Shown here piece by piece: positions 1 through 8,743 of a DNA stretch of 64,000 nt. Every line of letters begins with the position of its first letter. Position 1 is the stretch's first letter. The stretch comes from Flavobacteriaceae bacterium (GTDB taxonomy: Bacteria > Bacteroidota > Bacteroidia > Flavobacteriales > Flavobacteriaceae), in the NCBI GenBank assembly GCA_031277535.1, contig JAITMD010000014.1:42926-106925 (forward strand), given 5' to 3'. The notes under the pieces were generated by a model. It saw only the letters and a list, made by a program, of their open reading frames with translations. It did no database searches and was not told where the DNA came from. The position numbers and the translations under genes were made by a program.

Positions 1-144
1 TGCAGCAGTTTCTAAAACACTGTTGATAGTGCTTGAACTTGTTACGTTAACTGCAGGTAAAGCAAACCCTTTTTCTTTTGCATATTGGAAAATAGCCTGC
101 ACTTGATCTCCAAATGCTACTCCTGGTTTAATATTATGTGCCAT
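1..144 (-). CDS. fbaA: Class II fructose-bisphosphate aldolase, N-terminal part only (runs off left edge; not in ORF track)
   Basis: Manual minus-strand translation from ATG at 144: MAHNIKPGVAFGDQVQAIFQYAKEKGFALPAVNVTSSSTINSVLETAA; the 'FALPAVNV' start is typical of FbaA. Confidence 0.9.
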   Translation of the reverse strand, partial: MAHNIKPGVAFGDQVQAIFQYAKEKGFALPAVNVTSSSTINSVLETAA

Positions 145-168
145 CTTTCGTTGTGTATTTTATTTAGA

Positions 169-176
169 CAAAAGTA
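169..176 (-). promoter_or_regulatory. Bacteroidota sigma70 -7 element (TACTTTTG) for fbaA
   Basis: Matches TAnnTTTG consensus, 24 bp upstream of the ATG. Confidence 0.6.
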
Positions 177-192
177 CTAATTATTCTTGTAA

Positions 193-2757
193 TTAGAATG
201 GATAATTAATACCAACATTAATTACTGATTCTTTAAAATTAAATTCTTTAAACCATTTTCTTCCTGAAGAAACAGCTGGATTATATGTTTTGAACCCCCA
301 ATCTAATCGGAAAACAAAGAAACTAAAATCATAGCGAATTCCCAAACCTGATCCAACAGCTAAATCTTTTAACGATGAAAGACCATTGAAAGTATAGTTT
401 TTATCTTCTATTTCATCAAAAACATTCCAAATATTACTGGCATCAATAAATAGAGCACCATACCATTTCCCTGCAAAATTAAAACGATATTCTGTACTAA
501 AAAATAGTTTCATATTGGCTTCGTTAAAGTCTAATTCTCCTCCGCTACTTCCTGGTCCTAAGCGATATGATTGCCAACCTCTATTATCATTTGATCCTCC
601 AGAATAATAACTTCGAGAAAAAGGAATAGAAGTAGAGTTACCATAAGGAATGGCTAATCCTCCAAAAGCTCTGATAGCAAATACTTGTTTTTTAGTTAAA
701 TCCCAATATTTTACATAGTCTATTTCTCCTTTTACGTATTGTGAAAACTCAACGTCTAATATGGTTTTTTTGCCAGTTGGTCCATATTTTGAACTTGTTG
801 TACTCATTATAACATTTGCTAAACCACCTGCAGATTCAAGTTTTGCTTTTAAAGTATAAAAACTATTGTCATAAATATTAGTACGAGTAGAAGTGGTGAA
901 TAGAAGATTTGTAGCTAAAATTAAATTATTTTCTGATAATCTAATTTTTCTTTCTTCCATACTTTTTATTGTCTTGTAATCTCTGGCATCATAATTTTCA
1001 GGGTTTTTCATAACATCACGTATAAAACCATTAGTTCCTGTTTCAATGATTAGATTGCCATCAGCATCATAAAAAGAAGGATCTATGGTGTCATAGTTGT
1101 GAGCTATGTTGTTTAGTCTATCATATGATGATTTATAAACTCTAAAATAGTTTGATGGGTTTGTATTCTTTATATATTGAATGTTTGCTAAATCTAAGCT
1201 GAAATTATTTGTTCTTGAAGGACTCCAGTTGTAATTAATAATTCCATTAAAGTTGTCTTTGTCTAATCCAATATTGCGTTGTTTTGAAACTCCAAAACTC
1301 ATCGAAGTTCTTGGTAACATTGTTTTTGGGATAATTCGGTCAGAAGAGAAAGGAAATAAAAAACGTGGAAAAGTAAGTTTAATATCTGCTCCATATTCTG
1401 TTACATTAAAGAAAACATTATTTGGATTACTCATTTGGCGAGAAGATCCCATTGAACCTCTTAATCCTAATTCAAGTATTTCAGCTCCCCTAAAGACATT
1501 TCTAAACATAAAACCCATACTTCCTCCAATACCAAAGTCTTGTATATTTGAGTGGGTAACATCTAAAGATGGATTAAATGTCATTTTTTTACGTGATGTT
1601 AGGTATATATTAGTGATTAATGATTGACCTAATGAATCACGTGGGTCTTCAATATATTCAATAACAGGGTAGTTGAATGTTCTTAAGTTACTAATAGAAC
1701 GAGTTGTTAGTAATTTTCGTTGATCACTAAAAATAGAACCCTTATTGATAAATATAGCATCAGTAATTGCTTTAGGTTTATAAGGTAATTTAGTAGAACT
1801 ATAGATATGAAAATTATTATATTGGATACTATCTAAAGCAAAGGTTTTGTTTTTTGAATCATTGTCTACAAAAATATTTACATTACTAATGTTGTATAGC
1901 TTGAATGGTACTTCTTTTAGTGTGTCAGAATCTGTTTCTTTAATTGTTCGTCTATCAATGATTAGTGCAAGATTTGCTCTATTTTTTTTATTGACGATAG
2001 TATCTACTTCATATCTAACATATGTTTCTTGAAAATGGTAAGCTCCTTGATCTCTAAAGTTTTTAGCTAAACGCTTGCGTTCTTCTTCTAAGTTTTTAAT
2101 GTTATATATTGTATTACTTTTTATAGCACTTCTTTTTTGTGAACGATTGTATAGATTTTGTATTTCTTGATCTTGAATATGGGTTGTTATACTATCAATA
2201 ATGTATGGTTCGCCTGTTGAAACGGTATAGGTGTTTTTAACTTTTTTTGTAGCAACTGTATCTAATTTCGTAACAATTTTTGTTTCAAAATAGCCTTTAT
2301 TGAAATAATAGTTTTTTAGTCTTGTTATTGTTTTTTGTGTACGAATTGAATCGTATAATACAGGAGCCTCTCCACTTTTTATTAAGAAATTGTTGATTCC
2401 AGCTATAGCAAAAGATTGTCCTAATCGATTAACTTGTTTTTTAGATAACAATGCAGTTAATGCTTTTTCATTTTTAGGGTGTCTATATAGCCAAGCATGG
2501 TAACTTGAATCTGCATTAGGTTTAGCTAAATTATACATATGTAAACGCAAATGCATTCCTAATATAGGAATTGTACTATTGGGATGTTGATACAGTAAAT
2601 CAGTAATTTCTTCTTTACTTGTTTTTTTACCATTTTCATAGATTGTATTTTCAACTAACATAGCACGCTTTTCAGGTACTCGTTTAGTCAGCGAGCATGA
2701 AAAAAAAGTTATGCAGGTTAAAATAATAAGTGCTATTTTTGATAAAAATTTCCCCAA
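193..2757 (-). CDS. tamL: Omp85/TamA-family outer membrane lipoprotein (TamL-like)
   Basis: 854 aa; TTG start; lipobox TFFSC; POTRA-like N-terminal region; Omp85 motifs 'YYSGGSNDNRGW' and 'GSGLGIRYDFSFFVFRLDWG'; C-terminal 'GINYPF'. Confidence 0.8.
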   Translation of the reverse strand: MGKFLSKIALIILTCITFFSCSLTKRVPEKRAMLVENTIYENGKKTSKEEITDLLYQHPNSTIPILGMHLRLHMYNLAKPNADSSYHAWLYRHPKNEKALTALLSKKQVNRLGQSFAIAGINNFLIKSGEAPVLYDSIRTQKTITRLKNYYFNKGYFETKIVTKLDTVATKKVKNTYTVSTGEPYIIDSITTHIQDQEIQNLYNRSQKRSAIKSNTIYNIKNLEEERKRLAKNFRDQGAYHFQETYVRYEVDTIVNKKNRANLALIIDRRTIKETDSDTLKEVPFKLYNISNVNIFVDNDSKNKTFALDSIQYNNFHIYSSTKLPYKPKAITDAIFINKGSIFSDQRKLLTTRSISNLRTFNYPVIEYIEDPRDSLGQSLITNIYLTSRKKMTFNPSLDVTHSNIQDFGIGGSMGFMFRNVFRGAEILELGLRGSMGSSRQMSNPNNVFFNVTEYGADIKLTFPRFLFPFSSDRIIPKTMLPRTSMSFGVSKQRNIGLDKDNFNGIINYNWSPSRTNNFSLDLANIQYIKNTNPSNYFRVYKSSYDRLNNIAHNYDTIDPSFYDADGNLIIETGTNGFIRDVMKNPENYDARDYKTIKSMEERKIRLSENNLILATNLLFTTSTRTNIYDNSFYTLKAKLESAGGLANVIMSTTSSKYGPTGKKTILDVEFSQYVKGEIDYVKYWDLTKKQVFAIRAFGGLAIPYGNSTSIPFSRSYYSGGSNDNRGWQSYRLGPGSSGGELDFNEANMKLFFSTEYRFNFAGKWYGALFIDASNIWNVFDEIEDKNYTFNGLSSLKDLAVGSGLGIRYDFSFFVFRLDWGFKTYNPAVSSGRKWFKEFNFKESVINVGINYPF

Positions 2758-2798
2758 AGTAGTATAGTTCTAAATATCGTTCAAAAATACAGTTTTTT

Positions 2799-3533
2799 AT
2801 GGTTACGAAAAACCAAATCAAATTAATTAAAAGTCTTCATCAAAAAAAATATCGCAAAGAGCATCAACTTTTTATTGCAGAAGGAGTTAAAGTTATAAAA
2901 GAACTAATACAATCTGCCTTTGTCTTAGAAGCAATCTATGTAACTGAGACAATTGATTTTGGGAGTAATGGAAGTAAAATACATCAAGTTTCTATTGCAG
3001 AGATGGAAAAGATGTCTGCCTTAACATCTCCATCAAATTGTTTGGCTGTTTTCCATTGCATTAATCAAAAAGAAGTTGATTATTCTGATTTAGTTGTTGC
3101 ATTAGATGATATTCGTGACCCTGGTAATATGGGAACAATTATTCGTTTGTGTGACTGGTTTGGAGTAAAACATATAATTTGTACGAAAGAAACAGTTGAT
3201 ATTTATAATCCTAAGGTGATACAAGCAACTATGGGTTCTATTACTCGGGTAAATATTGTTTATGGAGATTTAAGCCATTTTATCCATTCAAGTGAAGAAA
3301 TAGCTGTTTTTGGAACTTTTATGGATGGTGACAATATTTATCAACAACAATTACCTACAAAAGGTATTATTGTTTTTGGAAATGAGGCAAATGGAATCTC
3401 TAAAGAAATTGAACAGCAAGTTACAAAACGTATAGCAATTCCTCGTTTTGGAGATTTACAACAAACAGAAAGTCTAAATGTAGCAATGGCATCTTCTATT
3501 GTATTAAGTGAGTTTCGACGAAATACAATTTAA
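2799..3533 (+). CDS. TrmH/SpoU family RNA 2'-O-methyltransferase
   Basis: SPOUT motifs 'IRDPGNMGTIIR', 'FGNEANG', 'ESLNVA'. Confidence 0.92.
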   Translation: MVTKNQIKLIKSLHQKKYRKEHQLFIAEGVKVIKELIQSAFVLEAIYVTETIDFGSNGSKIHQVSIAEMEKMSALTSPSNCLAVFHCINQKEVDYSDLVVALDDIRDPGNMGTIIRLCDWFGVKHIICTKETVDIYNPKVIQATMGSITRVNIVYGDLSHFIHSSEEIAVFGTFMDGDNIYQQQLPTKGIIVFGNEANGISKEIEQQVTKRIAIPRFGDLQQTESLNVAMASSIVLSEFRRNTI

Positions 3534-3537
3534 TATT

Positions 3538-4335
3538 TTAATGGAAGGTAAAGTTTACAAATATTCCTCTTGATTTCATTGAACCAATATTTCCTGTCCA
3601 CGGACTGTTTGGATTTTCATCTCTTATCATAGCATCATCTAATCCAAATACACCGCGAATAGATGGACTAAATTTGAAGTATTCAAAGTATATATCCATT
3701 CCTAAACCTAGTTCATAGTTAGATGTCCACTGTTTGGTTCTCCATATAGTAGGGTTTTCTTCTGTGGATTTACTATTACTTGTTAGATTTAAGTCTGCCG
3801 AAACTCCGCCTACAACATATGGTCGAATATTACCTGTACGTAGGGCAGAGAATTTTAGAAGTAAAGGAAAATGAATATAAGTTGAACTATCATTTCTGGT
3901 AGAATAACTATTTAATGTAGTAGGATCTATTACTGGTACACCAGATTGATCTAAGTGATTAATGATTAAAGCCTGTGGAATTAGTAAATCTCTTTTAGTA
4001 TAAGCTAATCCTGGTTCAAATCGCAAATCTAAATATTCAAACAAACGCAAGTTACCAACTAAACCAACATTAAAGCCTATAGAATTTTGAACCTGAACTT
4101 CTGTCGCAGTGTTAGGGTATTTTTCTTTCAATGTTTGTAGACGAGTATAATATTTTTCGTCATAGTTGAACTTATAATTGAAAGAATTGAAACCTAAGTA
4201 GTATCCCCAATGTACACGTTGCTTATCCCAATCAGGTTTGTTAAGCAAAGGGTTTTTTCCAAAAATTGTCTTGTGTTGTCCAAATGATTGGAATCCAAGT
4301 GCTACTGTAAAGAATACTACTAATAGTTTTTTCAT
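3538..4335 (-). CDS. porT: Type IX secretion system outer membrane beta-barrel PorT/SprT
   Basis: Signal peptide; 'HWGYYLGFN', 'LRFEPGL', 'STYIHFPLLLKFS', 'FSPSIRGVFG', 'SPWTGNI'; position next to ubiE/trmH as I recall for Flavobacteria. Confidence 0.85.
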   Translation of the reverse strand: MKKLLVVFFTVALGFQSFGQHKTIFGKNPLLNKPDWDKQRVHWGYYLGFNSFNYKFNYDEKYYTRLQTLKEKYPNTATEVQVQNSIGFNVGLVGNLRLFEYLDLRFEPGLAYTKRDLLIPQALIINHLDQSGVPVIDPTTLNSYSTRNDSSTYIHFPLLLKFSALRTGNIRPYVVGGVSADLNLTSNSKSTEENPTIWRTKQWTSNYELGLGMDIYFEYFKFSPSIRGVFGLDDAMIRDENPNSPWTGNIGSMKSRGIFVNFTFH

Positions 4336-4337
4336 AA

Positions 4338-5066
4338 TTATTTTGACGAAGAATAAATCGTTGCAATTCCCATTGTTTGTGGCTTATGTTTTACATCTTT
4401 AAACCCAACTTTACGCAAAATATTGTTTAACTCTTCTCCAAAAGGAAAGTTTTTTGCCGAATCAGATAAATATTTATAAGCCTTCTGGTCCTTAGAAAAC
4501 ATTTTTCCCATAAAAGGCATGATGTTTTGTGTATAAAAAAAGTATCCTTGTTTAAATGGAAATTTTCTTGGAACCGAGGTTTCTAAGATAACAAAAATTC
4601 CATTAGGTTTTAATACTCTTAAAATTTCTGTTAAACCTTTCTCAAGATTTTCAAAATTTCTTATTCCAAAGCCTACTGTGATAGCGTCAAATGTATTGTC
4701 TCCAAAAGGTAAATTTTCAGAATCACCCTGTATCATTTCTATTTTTTGATCCAAATGAAGTGCTTTTACTTTTTGTTTTCCCACTTCTAACATTCCAGCT
4801 GAAAGATCTAATCCTGTGATTTTTTGTGCATTAGATTTAGATAATAGAATAGCAAGATCTCCAGTACCTGTTGCAATATCTAAAATGTTTGTTGGATTGG
4901 TAGCAGATACCATTTTTAGTACTTTTTTTCTCCATCCTTGGTCAGTTCCCAAAGAAATCATACGATTTAGATTGTCATAATTGCCAGAAATCGTATCAAA
5001 CATTTGCTCTACTTGCTGTTTCTTTCCTAATTCTGAGTCTTTATATGGTATGATATTTTTGTCCAT
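4338..5066 (-). CDS. ubiE: Demethylmenaquinone methyltransferase (MenG/UbiE)
   Basis: '[16 protein letters not shown]', 'LDIATGTGD', 'GFGIRN', 'RVLKPNG'. Confidence 0.95.
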   Translation of the reverse strand: MDKNIIPYKDSELGKKQQVEQMFDTISGNYDNLNRMISLGTDQGWRKKVLKMVSATNPTNILDIATGTGDLAILLSKSNAQKITGLDLSAGMLEVGKQKVKALHLDQKIEMIQGDSENLPFGDNTFDAITVGFGIRNFENLEKGLTEILRVLKPNGIFVILETSVPRKFPFKQGYFFYTQNIMPFMGKMFSKDQKAYKYLSDSAKNFPFGEELNNILRKVGFKDVKHKPQTMGIATIYSSSK

Positions 5067-5240
5067 TTGTCAAATTTTTAGCAAATATAAGTAATCTGTA
5101 CTAAAAAGTAAGTTTACCCTATTTTTATTACCTCATTAATAGTGGTATTTACTGTTGTTGTTTTATTCTTAGCGTATTTATAGAGATAAGAAGAGTTGCG
5201 TTTAATATGTTGTATAGATTAATAACAGCATTTTGAGTAA

Positions 5241-5279
5241 AAAGTAAAGGGAGTTACAAAATAGTTGTAACTCCCTTTA
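5241..5279 (-). terminator. Intrinsic terminator after GNAT gene
   Basis: 15-bp inverted repeat taaagggagttacaa/ttgtaactcccttta followed by a T-tract on the minus strand. Confidence 0.8.
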
Positions 5280-5283
5280 TTCC

Positions 5284-5850
5284 TTATAGTCTGATGTACA
5301 TATGGTAGTATTCACCACCTACAAGTTCTATTTTTTTTCCTAATTCAAATCCCAATCTACTGTATAAACGTTTGGCATTTGGATTTTCTAAATCAACTAA
5401 TAATCCCACCTGTGTATAGCCTTGCTCTTTTGCATGGTCAACAATGTGTTTCAATAAATGGCTACCAACTCCTTTTCCTTGTACTATGGGAGAGACAGCT
5501 ACAGTATCAATATAGTATTCTTTTCCTTCTGTTTCAGCTTCTGGAACTAAGTCATTTTGATAATGCTTTTGCATTAAGTCTAATAAAGGTTGACGTAATT
5601 CTTCAAAGCGATCCCCATTGTATCCTGTTACAGAACCAACAATATCTTCCTCATCATTGATTGCAACAAAAGTATTTTCATAACTATACAACGTATTAGG
5701 TTGTTTGTATAACTTAGTTAAGAAATTGATTGCTTCTTCAATATCTACTTGATTGATAAAGCTGAAAACAATGTCTTCCATTGCTTGTAGCATTAACTCT
5801 GGTACTACATCAAAATCGGCCTTTTGTGCAGGTCTAATAGTAATGTGCAT
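5284..5850 (-). CDS. GNAT family N-acetyltransferase
   Basis: Acetyl-CoA motif 'YIDTVAVSPIVQGKGVGSHLL' and 'NPNAKRLYSRLGF'. Confidence 0.9.
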   Translation of the reverse strand: MHITIRPAQKADFDVVPELMLQAMEDIVFSFINQVDIEEAINFLTKLYKQPNTLYSYENTFVAINDEEDIVGSVTGYNGDRFEELRQPLLDLMQKHYQNDLVPEAETEGKEYYIDTVAVSPIVQGKGVGSHLLKHIVDHAKEQGYTQVGLLVDLENPNAKRLYSRLGFELGKKIELVGGEYYHMYIRL

Positions 5851-5912
5851 AATATATTATTTTTGTTGAAACAAAGGTACTAAAGTAGAGTCAGTTCAAA
5901 AAACACTATCTT

Positions 5913-7352
5913 TTATTTGTGTGGATGATATTTGTTCCATACTTCGGAAGCATTATCAATACCAAGTTCTTTTGGTTTGAATATTGGATCAAGACCTTTT
6001 TTACGTTGTGCTACATAATCTTTTAATGCCAACATCGCCGGTTTTTGTAAAATTAGTATAGCAATAATATTCATCCAAGCCATAGCTCCTACGCCAATAT
6101 CTCCGATTTCCCAGGCCTTACTTGCTTCTTGAATTGATGCGTTAAATACTGTAAGTAGGATTAGAACACGCATAGCCCAACGTAAGATTATATTTTTTTG
6201 CTTGCTTAAGTAGTCAAAGTTCGACTCTGCTATAAACACATAAGACATAATTGTCGTAAAGGCAAAGAAGGTTAGTGCAATAGCAATAAACTGCGAAGCA
6301 AATGAAGGGAAATGTGTTGCAATAGCTTTTACTGTAAAGGCTGCTCCGGCATCTGTGTCAGGTAGATTGTGAACAATATAAGTGCCTGCTTCATCAATTA
6401 CATTATATTGGTTGGTAAATAATATCATTAATGCAGTAGCAGTACAAACAAATAAAGTATCTACATATACAGAGAATGCTTGTACTAATCCTTGTTTTAC
6501 AGGATGAGAGGTCTCAGCAGCAGCAGCAGCATGTGGTGCTGTACCTTGACCTGCTTCATTAGAGTATATTCCTCTTTTTACTCCCCAAGCAATAGCTGCC
6601 CCAAACACGCCACTGAAAGCTGCTTCCATATTAAAAGCGGAACGGAATATTAATCCAAAGATAGCAGGAACTTCCTGAATATTAAAAGCAATAATAATTA
6701 AAGCCATAATAATGTAAGCCGAAGCCATAAATGGAACTACTACTTGTGCAATCTTACCTATTTTTTTAGCACCTCCAAATACTGTAAATGCCAAGAGAAT
6801 ACATGTACCTATTCCTGTTATCCAAGTAGGTACTTGAAAAGCTTGGTTAATACTTACAGCAATACTGTTACTTTGAATGCTTGGTAAAAAGATTACACAA
6901 CTAATTATAGTTATTATAGAAAATGCAACAGCAAATTTTTTGCTTTTAAGCCCTTTTTCTATATAAAAAGCAGGACCTCCACAAAACATACCATTTTTTT
7001 CTACTTTATAAATTTGTGCTAATGTCGATTCTATAAAGGCAGATGCACTACCTAAAAAAGCAATTGCCCACATCCAAAAGATAGCACCTGGTCCACCTGC
7101 TGCAATAGCAGTAGCAACTCCCACAATATTACCTACCCCAACTCGACCAGCAATGGCTATGCTAAATGCTTGAAAAGGACTTACTCCCTGTTCAGAAGAA
7201 CCTTCTGTAAAGAGTAATTTGATCATGTGACGAAAATAACGAATTTGTACAAAGCCTGTTTTTAGAGTAAAAAAAAGACCTGTACATAGGCATAAACCTA
7301 TAAATACATTTGACCAAATTAATGAGTTGGCAAATTTGATGATTTCTTCCAT
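5913..7352 (-). CDS. Alanine/glycine:cation symporter (AGCS/AlsT family)
   Basis: Polytopic membrane protein; 'RVGVGNIVGVA', 'GGPGAIFWMW', 'RGIYSNEAGQGTAP'. Confidence 0.93.
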   Translation of the reverse strand: MEEIIKFANSLIWSNVFIGLCLCTGLFFTLKTGFVQIRYFRHMIKLLFTEGSSEQGVSPFQAFSIAIAGRVGVGNIVGVATAIAAGGPGAIFWMWAIAFLGSASAFIESTLAQIYKVEKNGMFCGGPAFYIEKGLKSKKFAVAFSIITIISCVIFLPSIQSNSIAVSINQAFQVPTWITGIGTCILLAFTVFGGAKKIGKIAQVVVPFMASAYIIMALIIIAFNIQEVPAIFGLIFRSAFNMEAAFSGVFGAAIAWGVKRGIYSNEAGQGTAPHAAAAAETSHPVKQGLVQAFSVYVDTLFVCTATALMILFTNQYNVIDEAGTYIVHNLPDTDAGAAFTVKAIATHFPSFASQFIAIALTFFAFTTIMSYVFIAESNFDYLSKQKNIILRWAMRVLILLTVFNASIQEASKAWEIGDIGVGAMAWMNIIAILILQKPAMLALKDYVAQRKKGLDPIFKPKELGIDNASEVWNKYHPHK

Positions 7353-7603
7353 TGTGTTGTTGTTTGTTATCGTTGTTATTTAGGTTTATATGTAGTTGTA
7401 TAATATTTTGGGATAAAAAGTAATATTTTTTAATGACTATCACTACATTTACTTTACTTTTTTAGGTATATGATTTAGATCTATCCTTTTTTTATAGAAG
7501 CAAAAACAAAAAGAATATAAAGTAATTAACTTTGTTTTTATAAGAGGATGAATACCTATTGAGTTGGAAGTAAGATGTAATAATAACTATAAAAACATAA
7601 ATT

Positions 7604-8089
7604 ATGCCACATTCAGACTATATTAAATGTTCTTTAGATTATAGTGTGGAAGAAGGACTATTAGTTCGTATTCCAATTATTGTAAAAGTATTAGAGCAAG
7701 TAACTGCACAAAATAAGTGGGACTATTCGTATGCAGAAGGAAAATGGACAGTAAAACAGGTCGTACAGCATTTAATAGATTGTGAAAAAATATTCAGTTA
7801 CAGAGCCCTTCATATTGCTCGTCAAGATACAAGCGAATTGTTTGGATTTGAAGAAGATGCATATGCTATTACTTCAATGCAAGAAGAGAAAAATGGAGAA
7901 GATATGATTCATGAATATACAGCATTACTGCTTTGTATTTATTATCAATTCAAAGGTTATACAAAAGATATTTTGCAACGTGAAAGTAAGGTTGCTAACT
8001 ATGAGATTTCTATCGAAAATATTGGACGTGTGATGTATGGTCATAGTTTACATCACTTGGATGTTTTATTGGAACGATATTTAGATTGA
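7604..8089 (+). CDS. DinB/YfiT family protein
   Basis: 'YAEGKWTVKQVVQHLIDCE' and C-terminal 'GHSLHHL'. Confidence 0.85.
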   Translation: MPHSDYIKCSLDYSVEEGLLVRIPIIVKVLEQVTAQNKWDYSYAEGKWTVKQVVQHLIDCEKIFSYRALHIARQDTSELFGFEEDAYAITSMQEEKNGEDMIHEYTALLLCIYYQFKGYTKDILQRESKVANYEISIENIGRVMYGHSLHHLDVLLERYLD

Positions 8090-8101
8090 AAATGTATTTA
8101 A

Positions 8102-8133
8102 AAAGAAAAGCCACTCGTGAGAGTGGCTTCTTT
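8102..8133. terminator. Bidirectional terminator between dinB-family gene and ppa
   Basis: Stem aagccactc-gtga-gagtggctt flanked by A/T tracts, between convergent genes. Confidence 0.8.
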
Positions 8134-8134
8134 A

Positions 8135-8662
8135 TTAGTAACGGATACTGAATAATCCTTCTGGTTTATTTTCAAGTGCTTGAAAACGTTCTGTACATTC
8201 TTGGATCATTTTGATAGCCGCAGCTTTATCTCCAAATCCGTTTGTAGTAACAGCTTTATTTTCTAAGTCTTTGTAAACTTTAAAGAAGTGTTCAACTTCT
8301 TTTTTGAAATGTTCGTTTACATCATTGATGTCGTTTAATTTATTCATCAATGGATCAGAAACAGGAACACATATGATTTTTTCGTCATTTCCTTTATCAT
8401 CTGCCATGTAGAAAATACCAACTGGTTTAACTTCTACAACCATTCCTGGTAAAGATGGTTCAGTAAACATAACTAATACATCAAGAGGATCTCCATCTAA
8501 AGCTAAAGTTTCTGGAATAAATCCATAGTCTGCTGGATATCTCATGTTTGAATATAAAAGACGGTCAAAACGCAATCTTTTTAAATCAAAATCATACTCG
8601 TATTTGTTACGGCTTCCTGCTGGAATTTCAACGAAAGCATCGAATGTTTCAAATGTATTCAT
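8135..8662 (-). CDS. ppa: Soluble inorganic pyrophosphatase (family I)
   Basis: 'EIPAGSRNKYE', 'YPADYGFIPETL', 'DGDPLDV', 'HFFKVYKDLE'. Confidence 0.96.
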   Translation of the reverse strand: MNTFETFDAFVEIPAGSRNKYEYDFDLKRLRFDRLLYSNMRYPADYGFIPETLALDGDPLDVLVMFTEPSLPGMVVEVKPVGIFYMADDKGNDEKIICVPVSDPLMNKLNDINDVNEHFKKEVEHFFKVYKDLENKAVTTNGFGDKAAAIKMIQECTERFQALENKPEGLFSIRY

Positions 8663-8743
8663 AAACTTTATTTTTATCGTATTTTAAAAACTGTGCAAAA
8701 ATACTCTAAATCCTTGTTTATAACAAACTTTATAGATCAAATA

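Noticed and set aside
1253-2032. Plus-strand ORFs of 124 and 61 aa inside tamL
   Set aside because: Antisense shadows of a strongly supported gene, with no recognisable motifs. The same applies to the other antisense ORFs inside etfA, pdhB, thyA, tonB, susC and the protease.
7353-7603. Possible glycine riboswitch upstream of the AGCS symporter
   Set aside because: The leader is AT-rich and I found no aptamer-like conserved motifs or stems; an Rfam/Infernal search would settle it
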